Part shown: positions 37,636 through 47,035 of the stretch, in pieces
How the letters are laid out: each line of letters starts with the position of its first letter
How positions within the stretch are numbered: the stretch's first letter is position 1
Source of the DNA: an uncultured Bacteroidales bacterium
GTDB lineage: Bacteria; Bacteroidota; Bacteroidia; Bacteroidales; UBA932
Reading direction: 5' to 3'
DNA: 64,000 bases
Assembly (NCBI GenBank): GCA_937899055.1
Contig: CALBPX010000061.1
Location: forward strand, 48,294 to 112,293
Program-made: the position numbers and the translations under genes
The notes under the pieces: generated by a model
Databases searched by the model: none
Seen by the model: only the letters and a program-made list of their open reading frames with translations
Told to the model about the DNA's origin: nothing

Positions 37636-38709
37636 ATGAACTACAACATCATTAAATCGTTTGCCCTGGCGGCTTTTTGCGTTACTGCAATAAGCTGCAA
37701 TTCAGACAAGAAAACTGAATCTACAGAAACCCAGGGGGAGAAGAAAATCGGCGTTACAATCATGGCTGCAACCAGCAAGGATGTGGAGCAGACCGATGTC
37801 TTCACAGGCACGGTTGAAGGTTTCAACACAAACAACATCTCTCCTCAGAGTCCAGGCAGAATCGAGAGGATATTCGTAGAAGTAGGTGACCATGTAGGAA
37901 GAGGGCAGAAGCTTGCCCAGATGGAGGCCACTAACCTTACGCAGGCAAAACTCCAGATGGAAAACAACCTGCTTGAGTTTGAAAGAACAAAGCAGCTTTA
38001 TGATATCGGAGGTGCATCGCAGAGCGAATATGATACACGAAAAATGGCCTATGAGGTATCCAAGACCACTTACGAGAACCTCTCCTCCAACACATATCTG
38101 ATTTCGCCGATTTCCGGAGTGGTTACAGCCCGTAACTATGATGCCGGCGATATGTATTCAGGAGCTCAACCTCTCTACACCGTTGAGCAGATTCGTCCTG
38201 TGAAAATCAAGGTCAATATGCCTGAGAGCCTTTACGGAAAAATCAAGAAAGGCCAGAGCGTCAAAGTCACTCTGGATGTTTATGGTGATGAAATTTTTGA
38301 AGGCAAGGTTTATCTTGTATATCCCTCTCTTACAGCAGCATCCAGAACTTTTCCGGTTGAGGTGACCATAGCCAACGGCAACGAAAGGGTGAGGCCGGGA
38401 ATGTTTGCCAGGGTAACCTTCTCCCGCGGATTTGAGCATAACATTGTAGTTCCCGATGTTTCTGTTGTAAAGCAGATGGGAAGCGGAGACCATTATGTAT
38501 ATACCGTAGTGGACGATAAGGTTGTCTTCAACAAGGTAAAGCTCGGCAAACTCTCAGGCACTGAGTATGAGATAAAGAGCGGCCTCAACGAAGGTGACAT
38601 GGTAATAGTGGAAGGCCAGAACAGAGTTGTAAACGGCCAGCAGGTAAATGCCAAAGAAGGAGCTCCTGCTTCATTCACACCAGATAATCTTGTAGAAAAA
38701 ACCAAGTAG
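37636..38709 (+). CDS. efflux RND transporter periplasmic adaptor subunit
   Basis: Lipobox (ISC), hairpin and lipoyl-like domains (ISPISGVVTARNYDAGD), beta-barrel domain. Position between TolC and the RND pump. Confidence 0.88.
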   Translation: MNYNIIKSFALAAFCVTAISCNSDKKTESTETQGEKKIGVTIMAATSKDVEQTDVFTGTVEGFNTNNISPQSPGRIERIFVEVGDHVGRGQKLAQMEATNLTQAKLQMENNLLEFERTKQLYDIGGASQSEYDTRKMAYEVSKTTYENLSSNTYLISPISGVVTARNYDAGDMYSGAQPLYTVEQIRPVKIKVNMPESLYGKIKKGQSVKVTLDVYGDEIFEGKVYLVYPSLTAASRTFPVEVTIANGNERVRPGMFARVTFSRGFEHNIVVPDVSVVKQMGSGDHYVYTVVDDKVVFNKVKLGKLSGTEYEIKSGLNEGDMVIVEGQNRVVNGQQVNAKEGAPASFTPDNLVEKTK

Positions 38710-38711
38710 AG

Positions 38712-41700
38712 ATGAGTCTTTTTGCATCAGCGGTAAAGAAACCTATCACCACGGCCCTGCTGTTTGTGGCGATAGCCATTTTCGGTATTTTTTCTCTTGT
38801 CACACTTCCGATTGACCTTTTCCCTCACATAGAAGGAAACATGATCATGGTGATGACCTCCTATTCGGGAGCCAGTGCGTCTGACATAGAGAACAACATA
38901 TCCAAACCCCTTGAAAATACGCTCAACAGCGTATCCTATCTTAAGCACATTTCTTCCTCTTCTAGGGAGAATGTTTCTGTTGTAACACTTGAATTCCAGT
39001 ACGGAAGAGACATCGATGTAGCAACAAACGATGTGCGCGACAAACTGGAAATGGTCAAGTCGTATCTGCCGGACGGAGCCGGCAACCCGGTGATATTCAA
39101 GTTCAGTTCTGACGATATTCCAATCCTTATCCTTTCAGTTACGGCCAAGGAAAGTATGCCCGGTCTGTACAAGATTATGGATGAAAAGATCGTGAACGAA
39201 CTTGCCAGAGTAAACGGTGTTGGTTCCGTTTCAGTTTCCGGTATTCCGAAGAGAGAGATAATGGTCCTTTGCGATCCTTACAAACTGGATGCCTACAACC
39301 TTACAATCGAAAGCATTTCATCTCTTATAGCATACGAAAACCAAAATATCCCTGGAGGAACCATGGATATAGGTTCAAACAATTATGCTTTGAGGGTCCA
39401 GAAGGAATTTTCAGGAGCTAAGGAAATAGAAAACCTTGTAGTAGGCTCTTACAACGGCGGTAATGTCTATCTGAAAGACGTAGCAAGGATTGTAGATGGT
39501 CTGCAGGAAAGAGCTCAGGAAAGTTATACCAACGGTCAAATCGGAGGAATGGTCATTATCCAGAAACAGACCGGCGAAAACTCTGTGCAGATAGTCAAGA
39601 AGGTAAATGAAATGCTTCCCAAGCTTGAGCAGGAGCTTCCTTCCGACATCAAGCTTAATGTAATCGTAGATACTACGGAGAACATCATCAAGACCATTGG
39701 TTCACTGGAAAAGACCATCTTGATTACCCTTCTGATTGTGATGGCCGTTGTATTTATCTTCCTCGGGCGATGGAGGGCTACGGTCATCATCCTCATCACC
39801 ATTCCTATATCATTGCTTGCATCGCTGATATACCTGTATGCAACCGGCAATACATTGAACATGATATCAATGAGTTCGCTCTCCATTGCAATAGGTATGG
39901 TGGTGGATGCCGCAATTGTGGTGCTGGAAAACATAACCACTCACATAGACCGGGGCAGCAACCCTAAGCAGGCGGCAGTCTATGCTACCAACGAGGTTGC
40001 CATGGCGGTTGTTGCCTCATCCGCAACAACTCTTGCCGTGTTCCTTCCAATGACCTTGGTCAGCGGTCTGGCAGGTATCATGTTCCGCCAGCTGGGATGG
40101 ATGGTTTCTATCGTGATTACCGTTTCCACCCTCTGCGCATTGGCTCTTACGCCTATGATGTGCTCAACAATGATGCGTACACAGAACAAGCAGCAGGATT
40201 CCAAGTGGTTCAAGTTGCTGTTCACTCCCATCAACAAGGCCCTGGACTGGCTGAGCGCATTCTATGCAAAGGTTCTTGACTGGTCTTTAAGGCATAAGAG
40301 GATAGTTGTTGCCATTGCAGTGGCGCTCCTTGCCGGAGTTTTTGCAATATGCCTTCCTAACATGAAGACGGAATTTGTTCCCGAGCAGGACAACGGAAGA
40401 ATATCGGTGACAATCCAGCTCCCGGTTGGTACCCGTCAGGAAATCACCCGTGACCTGGCTCTTGAACTTGACAAGCGTTGGAGGGCAGAATTCCCTGAAA
40501 TACAGCGCCTTGGTCTTACAGAAGGAACTGCCGACTCAGATAACATGTTTGCAAGTATGAGAAGCAACGGAACTCATATCATAAGCATGAACATCAATGT
40601 CGGAAGTATGGAAAAACGCAAGAGGAGCATCAAGGAAATTTCCAACATAATGATGGAAGAACTCGCTGAGTACAACCAGATAAAAAGGTTCAATGTAGTA
40701 GCCGGCGGTCAGCAGGGCGGAATGGGCGGACAGACCGTTTGCCAGGTAGATCTTTACGGCTATGAGTTCAGTGCAACAGATGAGGCTGCGGCTCAGGTTT
40801 CTCAATGGTTCAAAGACTTGGGCGTAAGGCAGACGGTTATCAGTCGCGATGATTATGTTCCTGAATATCAGGTAGATCTTGATAGAGAAAAGATAGCCAT
40901 GTACGGCCTCAATACTGCTACCGTTGCTACATTCCTCAGAAACCGCATCAACGGAGCAATAGCCTCCGAATATCGCGAAAGCGGCGATGAGTACGACATT
41001 CGCGTCCGCTACGCTCCGGAATACCGCCAGAGCCTTCAGGACATTGAGAACATAACCGTTTACTCCAATACAGGACAGGCCATCAAACTCAGCGAACTTG
41101 GTACTATCAAGGAAGCCATGACTCCTCCTACCATCCAGAGAAAAGACCGTGAAAGATATGTAAGCGTTACGGCTCCTCTGCCTGACGGAATGGCCGCTTC
41201 CGACATGAATGAAGCCATTACGGCAAAGATAGAGGAAGGCGGACTTCCTGCCGGAGTGAGCTGGAAGTTTGGCGGAACCTACGACGATATGCAGAGCACG
41301 TTTGAAAGCCTTGGTATGCTGATGGTTCTGATTGTACTTCTGGTGTTCATCGTCATGGCCGCACAGTTCGAGAGCCTTACCTATCCGTTCGTAATCATGT
41401 TTGCGGTTCCGTTTGCATTTGTGGGAGTGCTCATAGGCCTTGTACTTACAAATACTCCGTTGAGTATCATGGCCATGGTAGGAGCCGTTATGACAATAGG
41501 TATTGTAGTTAACAACGGTATCGTGCTTGTTGACTATGCCAACCTCAACAGAGAAAGAGGCATGGGTATCATCCGCGCAGTTGTTGACAGCGGACATTCC
41601 CGCCTCCGTCCTGTACTCATGACCACCCTTACCACAGTTCTGGGTATGCTTCCTCTGGCCCTCGGAAGAGGAGAAGGTTCAGAGGTTTGGAGAGGTATGG

Positions 41701-41870
41701 GTATGACCGTTGCCTGGGGCCTTTCAGTTTCCACTGTAGTTACCCTGATATTCGTTCCGGTACTCTACACCATCTTTGCAGCATTCGGACTCAACCGCCA
41801 GAAGAAAAAGGCCCGCAAGCAGAAAGCGGAACAGGACAGCCAGCTCAAGGAAGTTTCCACGGCAAATTAG
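38712..41870 (+). CDS. efflux RND transporter permease (AcrB/HAE1-like)
   Basis: 1052 aa with a 12-TM duplicated architecture. N-terminus AVKKPITTALLFVAIAIFGIFSL. Conserved TM4/TM10 blocks. Confidence 0.95.
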   Translation: MSLFASAVKKPITTALLFVAIAIFGIFSLVTLPIDLFPHIEGNMIMVMTSYSGASASDIENNISKPLENTLNSVSYLKHISSSSRENVSVVTLEFQYGRDIDVATNDVRDKLEMVKSYLPDGAGNPVIFKFSSDDIPILILSVTAKESMPGLYKIMDEKIVNELARVNGVGSVSVSGIPKREIMVLCDPYKLDAYNLTIESISSLIAYENQNIPGGTMDIGSNNYALRVQKEFSGAKEIENLVVGSYNGGNVYLKDVARIVDGLQERAQESYTNGQIGGMVIIQKQTGENSVQIVKKVNEMLPKLEQELPSDIKLNVIVDTTENIIKTIGSLEKTILITLLIVMAVVFIFLGRWRATVIILITIPISLLASLIYLYATGNTLNMISMSSLSIAIGMVVDAAIVVLENITTHIDRGSNPKQAAVYATNEVAMAVVASSATTLAVFLPMTLVSGLAGIMFRQLGWMVSIVITVSTLCALALTPMMCSTMMRTQNKQQDSKWFKLLFTPINKALDWLSAFYAKVLDWSLRHKRIVVAIAVALLAGVFAICLPNMKTEFVPEQDNGRISVTIQLPVGTRQEITRDLALELDKRWRAEFPEIQRLGLTEGTADSDNMFASMRSNGTHIISMNINVGSMEKRKRSIKEISNIMMEELAEYNQIKRFNVVAGGQQGGMGGQTVCQVDLYGYEFSATDEAAAQVSQWFKDLGVRQTVISRDDYVPEYQVDLDREKIAMYGLNTATVATFLRNRINGAIASEYRESGDEYDIRVRYAPEYRQSLQDIENITVYSNTGQAIKLSELGTIKEAMTPPTIQRKDRERYVSVTAPLPDGMAASDMNEAITAKIEEGGLPAGVSWKFGGTYDDMQSTFESLGMLMVLIVLLVFIVMAAQFESLTYPFVIMFAVPFAFVGVLIGLVLTNTPLSIMAMVGAVMTIGIVVNNGIVLVDYANLNRERGMGIIRAVVDSGHSRLRPVLMTTLTTVLGMLPLALGRGEGSEVWRGMGMTVAWGLSVSTVVTLIFVPVLYTIFAAFGLNRQKKKARKQKAEQDSQLKEVSTAN

Positions 41871-41901
41871 ATTCAGCAACTATAAATGAAGCGTTATTAA
41901 A

Positions 41902-42192
41902 ATGAAAGCAGTATTTGTAGCATATAACGAAGCCCAGACAGAGGCAGTATTGGAAGCAATGGAAAAATGCTTTGTCAAGGGCTACACCATGTGGCAGCAG
42001 GTAACGGGCAGAGGCTCAAAAGACGGCGAACCGCATCTTGGTTCACACGCCTGGCCTACGATGAACACCGCCATGATAACCTTTGTAGATGATGAGTCTG
42101 CCAAAAGGCTGAAAGAACGGCTCATGGAAATAGACAACCTCAAGCCCCAGTTAGGCTTGAGGCTCTTCTCCTGGACAGTTGATGAATCCTAA
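41902..42192 (+). CDS. small transporter-associated protein (PG0541-like, possibly P-II-like fold)
   Basis: 96 aa. MKAVFVAYNEAQTEAVLEAM...GYTMWQQVTGRGSKDGEPHLGSHAWP. I recall this small family trailing Bacteroidota RND operons; that assignment is from memory only. Confidence 0.5.
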   Translation: MKAVFVAYNEAQTEAVLEAMEKCFVKGYTMWQQVTGRGSKDGEPHLGSHAWPTMNTAMITFVDDESAKRLKERLMEIDNLKPQLGLRLFSWTVDES

Positions 42193-42364
42193 GGTCAAAA
42201 TTTCCCAAAACCACCAATTGTCGTAAACCCGGAGAATTAAACTTTCTTCTCCCACCAAAACTTGGGATAATCACCTAAAACCGACCAAAATATACCTCAA
42301 ATAGGAAAATAAACGATATTTTCGGCGAATAATGATGGATATTTACCTAAATCGAGATATTTTT

Positions 42365-42372
42365 TATATTTG
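42365..42372 (+). promoter_or_regulatory. -7 box TATATTTG for the ATPase gene
   Basis: Exact consensus 19 nt before ATG 42392, inside a 199-nt A/T-rich gap. Confidence 0.5.
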
Positions 42373-42391
42373 CAGGTAAATAAAACATCAG

Positions 42392-43834
42392 ATGGCTACA
42401 ATAATTGGACGTAAACAGGAAATAGAAGAACTTGAATCGTTATATAAGAGCGACGAGTCCCAATTGGTTGCTGTGTATGGCAGACGACGGGTAGGGAAAA
42501 CTTTTTTGGTTGATGAAGCCTTGAAAGGAAGGATAACGTTCCGTCACGCTGGTCTGTCTCCAGTGGATGAAAAGGGTAAAAAGAATTTGCTGAAAGATCA
42601 GCTTAAGCACTTTTACAACTCGTTGAAGATTCAAGGGGTACGAAGGAGTAAATGTCCGACTTCATGGCTTGATGCTTTTTTTATGTTGGAACAGCATCTG
42701 CAAGAAATAGACAATGGATCAAGGCAGGTTGTCTTTCTTGATGAATTGCCATGGATGGATACACCGAGGTCTGGTTTTATGACTGCTTTCGAAGGCTTTT
42801 GGAACGGTTGGGGATGCCATCGTGACAATCTTATGGTCGTTGTTTGCGGAAGTGCCAATTCTTGGATACTGGATAATCTGATAAACAATCACGGCGGTCT
42901 TTATGGCCGGACAAAGTGCAGTATAAAAGTCAAGCCATTCACTTTTGATGAGAGCGGAGAATTCTTCAAGGCAAAAGGACTTCTGTTGTCGCAGTATGAT
43001 ATACTCCAGACTCATATGGTATTGGGAGGGATACCGTACTACCTTGGATATTTCAGGAAGGGATACAGTTTCGCCCAGAACATTGACAGATTATTCTGGA
43101 ATGATGAAGCTAAGTTGAAAGATGAATTTGACAAACTGTTCGCTTCCGTGTTTTCTAACCCGGAAGATATGAAGCGGATAATTCTTGTTCTCAGCAAAAG
43201 AAGGAAGGGATATACCAGAATGGAGATTGCGGATACATTGGACATCGAAGCTGACGGTTCCTTAACAAAAATGTTGAAAGCTCTTATAGCCAGCGATTTC
43301 ATTCAGAAGTACAGGCCGTTCGGAGAGAAGTCTGTAGACTACTATAAGCTAGTTGATCCGTTCTGCATTTTTTACAGCAAGTTTGTCAAAGAGAATAATA
43401 CCCAGGATCCATATTTCTGGTCAAGTAACCAGTTTTCACAGAGTGTTGTCAGTTGGCGTGGTTTTGCATTCGAGGATTTCTGTTTCAGACAGTCAGATGC
43501 AATCAAGCGTGCTTTGGGAATAGCAGGAGTTTCCACAGAAATTTCCGCATGGGCCTTGCATGGTGATATTGAGGGAGATGGCAGCCAAACGGACTTGCTG
43601 ATTAAGCGAAAGGACAACGTCGTGAACCTCTGCGAGATGAAGTTCTATTCTGAAGAGTACTCCGTAGATAAGACGGAATTCCGGAAAATGCTGAAGAGGA
43701 TAGCAGATCTGAAAGAGAAGCTACCAAAGAAGTATATTGTCCATCCCACATTAGTGACAACCTTCGGTCTGAAATACAATGAATACAGTGGGATATTTCA
43801 GAAAGTTGTGATTTTGGAAGATTTGCTTTCTTAA
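42392..43834 (+). CDS. ATPase_2 (archaeal-type AAA)/DUF234-type ATP-binding protein with C-terminal D...ExK nuclease-like motif
   Basis: IGRKQEIEELESLY...VAVYGRRRVGKTFLV (Walker A variant), VVFLDELPWM (Walker B), C-terminal QTDLLIKRKDNVVNLCEMKF. Visibly more A/T-rich than neighbours. Confidence 0.75.
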   Translation: MATIIGRKQEIEELESLYKSDESQLVAVYGRRRVGKTFLVDEALKGRITFRHAGLSPVDEKGKKNLLKDQLKHFYNSLKIQGVRRSKCPTSWLDAFFMLEQHLQEIDNGSRQVVFLDELPWMDTPRSGFMTAFEGFWNGWGCHRDNLMVVVCGSANSWILDNLINNHGGLYGRTKCSIKVKPFTFDESGEFFKAKGLLLSQYDILQTHMVLGGIPYYLGYFRKGYSFAQNIDRLFWNDEAKLKDEFDKLFASVFSNPEDMKRIILVLSKRRKGYTRMEIADTLDIEADGSLTKMLKALIASDFIQKYRPFGEKSVDYYKLVDPFCIFYSKFVKENNTQDPYFWSSNQFSQSVVSWRGFAFEDFCFRQSDAIKRALGIAGVSTEISAWALHGDIEGDGSQTDLLIKRKDNVVNLCEMKFYSEEYSVDKTEFRKMLKRIADLKEKLPKKYIVHPTLVTTFGLKYNEYSGIFQKVVILEDLLS

Positions 43835-43918
43835 CGGGGAGATAGCCGCAGCGAGAAATGGAAGATAAGATTTTTGCCGTTATTGTGAATGGGAAGAAGT
43901 AGCCATGCTGGGGTGGAA

Positions 43919-45079
43919 TTAATTCTGAGGGAGTTGGGAGAACTTCTTTTTGCCGGTGAAGAACTTGAGGATGATGGAGAAGGGGAGCATTCCGAAGGGG
44001 CGTGCTACGGAGGAGGTGGGCTGAGGTGTGGGGGAGGGTTGTTGCTGCGGGGAAACGGCAACTTCCTTTTTGAGTTTTGTGTAATGGCGGTGGGCTTTGA
44101 CTACGCTCTTGAAATAGCTGAATTTGCCCTGGAAGACATAGCAGACTGCGGAGAGCCCGTCGATGCATTTTCGGAGGAAAATCTTGGCGTTTTTGTGCCG
44201 TTTGGGGAGGTTTTTCCACAGCATCAGAAGGTTGTTGCGGTAGTTGAAATATAGCTTCCTCGGAGAGTTGTTCGGAAGGGTGCCTCCTCCTACATGATAG
44301 ACCTTGCTCTGAGGCAGGCACCAAACCTCATATCCGGCAAGGGAAGCCCTCCAGCAGAAATCTATTTCCTCCATGTGGGCAAAGAACTTTTCTTCCAGGC
44401 CTTGGAGTTTGTGCCAGATGCTGCTTCTTACAATCATGCAGGCCCCTGAAGCCCAGAAACATCGCTGAGGATTATCATACTGGCCAAGGTCTTCTTCCAG
44501 ACAAGAGAGGATTCTTCCCCTGCAGAAAGGAAAACCCCACCTGTCTATAAAACCGCCTGCTGCTCCGGCATATTCAAACTGCTCAGCGATGAGAGGTTCC
44601 TGAACAACTTTCAGATGCCTTGCGTATGAAAGGATTTTTGGCTGGCAGACGGCCACCTCGGGATGTTCTTCCATAAAGTTTACAAGCGGTTGCAGCCAGT
44701 TGCCGGTAACCAGTATGTCCGAATTTATCAGCACATAATACTTGTAGGGAGAACTTGCAGAATTTGAAGAATTCTCTTCCGGAGAGGCTGTATGTGCTGC
44801 GGAATTCCTTATGATATTGAAGGCTCGGTTGTAGCCTCCGGTAAAACCGTAGTTTCTGTCTAGCTGAATCCAGTTCAGTTCGGGGGTTGCGGCTTCTTGA
44901 TTCCGGCCTCCTTTCAGCGAGTTGCAGATGCCGTTGAACGTTTCTTTTGAACCGTCCGTTGAGGCGTTGTCTGCAACTGTGAGGTCTGCATATTCCGGAA
45001 GGCTGTTGAAAAGAGAAGGCAAGAACTTCTGGAGGAAGCCCTTGCCGTTCCAATTCAATATCACTACTGCAACCTTCAT
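43919..45079 (-). CDS. family 2 glycosyltransferase
   Basis: MKVAVVILNWNGKGFLQKFLPSL, VADNASTDGS, NYGFTGGYN and a DxD-like INSD motif. The ORF is open to 45136, but Met20 fits the family start. Confidence 0.8.
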   Translation of the reverse strand: MKVAVVILNWNGKGFLQKFLPSLFNSLPEYADLTVADNASTDGSKETFNGICNSLKGGRNQEAATPELNWIQLDRNYGFTGGYNRAFNIIRNSAAHTASPEENSSNSASSPYKYYVLINSDILVTGNWLQPLVNFMEEHPEVAVCQPKILSYARHLKVVQEPLIAEQFEYAGAAGGFIDRWGFPFCRGRILSCLEEDLGQYDNPQRCFWASGACMIVRSSIWHKLQGLEEKFFAHMEEIDFCWRASLAGYEVWCLPQSKVYHVGGGTLPNNSPRKLYFNYRNNLLMLWKNLPKRHKNAKIFLRKCIDGLSAVCYVFQGKFSYFKSVVKAHRHYTKLKKEVAVSPQQQPSPTPQPTSSVARPFGMLPFSIILKFFTGKKKFSQLPQN

Positions 45080-45139
45080 ATCTGCATTTGATAAGCTTGC
45101 TGCTTTTGCCAAAATGCAAATATGCAGCAGTTGCAACTG

Positions 45140-46822
45140 TTAGTCTGACGTAACCTTTTCAAGCCACTTGACCATACCCAGCATTACGGCCATGGAAATG
45201 AGGCAGAATGCGGCAAATACGGCCCATGTTTCCCACTGGTGGGGGAAGTGGCGGAGCATTGTAACTCCGAGTGCTATGAAGAGGTTTCCTACTGCGGTGG
45301 CCGTAAGCCAAAGTCCCTGGCAAATTCCCTGAAGGTGCTTAGGCGCAACCTTGGAAACGAAGCTCAGGCCCAGAGGCGATATGAACAGCTCGGCTACGGT
45401 GAGGAAGAAGTAGGTGAGAATCAGCACCGCAGGACTTGTCCTCATAGTTTCCTTAATTGCTTCGGAGAGCCCGTTGAAGGTGTCTGCAGAAGGGTAGTTG
45501 TGAACGCAGGCTATGATAATCAGGAAGATGTAGGCAAGTGCGGTAATGAACATACCCAAGGCAATCTTCCTGGGAGTGGAAACGCTCTTTCCTCTGTTGG
45601 CAAGCATGGCAAACAGACCCATGATGATAGGTGTGAGGATGATTACGAAGAACGGGTTGATGCACTGCCAAACCTCCGGCGGAACAGATGAAGTGTTTAC
45701 AAAGTCGCGGGCAAAGAATGAAAGGCTCTGGCCGTTCTGGTGGAATGAGAACCAGAAGAATACGGCAACACCCAAAACTGCGAACAGGGCATACATCCTC
45801 TGCTTGATTTCCTTTGCGTTTGCAAGCCTTTCTTCTTCCGTGTAGTTGGTTACGGCCTTCTTCTCTTTCTTTGCAGGGTTAGGGAATTTCTTCTTGGTGG
45901 CAACGAAGATGAGGAGAGAAATGACCATTGCAGCAACGGAAGCTATGTATGAATAGTGAACGCCGGTGTTGAATATATTCAGATAATTCTCAGCGAATTC
46001 TGCGTTTGCAGGAAGAACCTGGGCACCGCTCTGTACAGACTCTGCCAGCTGAGTGAAGTTGCTGGCCTGCTCGGCTGTCATTGCTGAGGCGTCGTTGAGG
46101 AACTGATGGCAGAGTTTAGGAAGGCTGGAGTTGTAGATGAGGTCATGGCTCTTGAGCCACCAGCTTCTCAGCAGCGGAGCAACGAACGGAGCAATTACGC
46201 CGCCTATGTTGATGAACACGTAGAAAATCTGGAAACCAGGGTCTCTCTTGCTCTTTCTCCTTTCGAGTTCTTCTTTGCTGATTTTTGCGCCCTCTGCCTC
46301 AAAGTTGTCGTACATCTGACCTACAATTGCCTGGAGGTTGCCTTTGAACAGGCCGTTTCCGATGGCAATCAGAAGCAGGGCAAAGCATGTAAAGACAAGG
46401 ATGCCGGAGATGTGGCCGGTGGTGGCTGCAAACGATTCTCCAAATACAGGAACAGAAAGCAGGGCGTAGCCTATGGCCATTACCAGAAGTCCTGTAATGA
46501 TTGTGCCCTTGTAGTTCTGAAGCCTGTCTGCAATCAGACCGCCCGGAAGAGCGAGAACGTAAATAGAGAAATAGAAAACGGCATAAATCCAACCGGCAGC
46601 GTCATCGCTGATGCCGAATTTGGATGCCAGGAACAGGGCCAGTACGGCATTCATGATATAGTAGCCGAACCTTTCGCCCATGTTGCTGAGTGCAGCTGCA
46701 ATCAACCCCTTCGGATGCTCTTTTCTAGCCTTGACAAGATAGAAAATCAAGAGCGGTACAACAACAATCAGTATCGCAATCAAGATTACCAGAGTAGCAT
46801 TGGTTTCCCAAAGTTTTAACAT
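45140..46822 (-). CDS. POT/PTR2 family di-/tripeptide:proton symporter
   Basis: ERFGYYIMNAVLALFL and PGGLIADRLQNYKG signature motifs. 14-TM MFS with a central soluble insert. Confidence 0.88.
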   Translation of the reverse strand: MLKLWETNATLVILIAILIVVVPLLIFYLVKARKEHPKGLIAAALSNMGERFGYYIMNAVLALFLASKFGISDDAAGWIYAVFYFSIYVLALPGGLIADRLQNYKGTIITGLLVMAIGYALLSVPVFGESFAATTGHISGILVFTCFALLLIAIGNGLFKGNLQAIVGQMYDNFEAEGAKISKEELERRKSKRDPGFQIFYVFINIGGVIAPFVAPLLRSWWLKSHDLIYNSSLPKLCHQFLNDASAMTAEQASNFTQLAESVQSGAQVLPANAEFAENYLNIFNTGVHYSYIASVAAMVISLLIFVATKKKFPNPAKKEKKAVTNYTEEERLANAKEIKQRMYALFAVLGVAVFFWFSFHQNGQSLSFFARDFVNTSSVPPEVWQCINPFFVIILTPIIMGLFAMLANRGKSVSTPRKIALGMFITALAYIFLIIIACVHNYPSADTFNGLSEAIKETMRTSPAVLILTYFFLTVAELFISPLGLSFVSKVAPKHLQGICQGLWLTATAVGNLFIALGVTMLRHFPHQWETWAVFAAFCLISMAVMLGMVKWLEKVTSD

Positions 46823-46912
46823 GTCAACTAATCTTTTTTATTGTGGACTTTCATTATCAATTTTCAGACAGACTTCCTGAAGTCCTTTGAGGAAGCCATG
46901 TCTTTCAAAACT

Positions 46913-46920
46913 CAAATATA
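46913..46920 (-). promoter_or_regulatory. -7 box TATATTTG for the POT transporter gene
   Basis: Reverse complement of CAAATATA. About 90 nt upstream of ATG 46822. Confidence 0.45.
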
Positions 46921-47035
46921 ACTAATTCTTGCAAAATCCATATCGGCAGAGTTTCCGGCGGCATTATTTTTTGTCTGTTCAGAATGTTTTAATACCTTTA
47001 CAGATTGACATTTCTAAGATTTTGTTTTTATCGCG

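Noticed and set aside
42300-42391. Three GATATTT words (42315, 42338, 42355) and an 8-bp inverted repeat ATTTACCT/AGGTAAAT bracketing the ATPase promoter. Also recurring CCAAAAC-like words at 42200..42290.
   Set aside because: These are short, A/T-rich words in an A/T-rich region, with irregular spacing (23 and 17 nt). They are not distinguishable from chance without a genome-wide motif test.
43602-44324. 240-aa minus-strand ORF and 121-aa plus-strand ORF (43889..44254) overlapping the 3' part of the glycosyltransferase gene and the gap after the ATPase.
   Set aside because: They are out of frame with, or antisense to, the GT2 gene, whose translation aligns with family motifs along its whole length. 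The Pro/Arg/Ser-rich and Gly/Glu-rich translations look non-biological.
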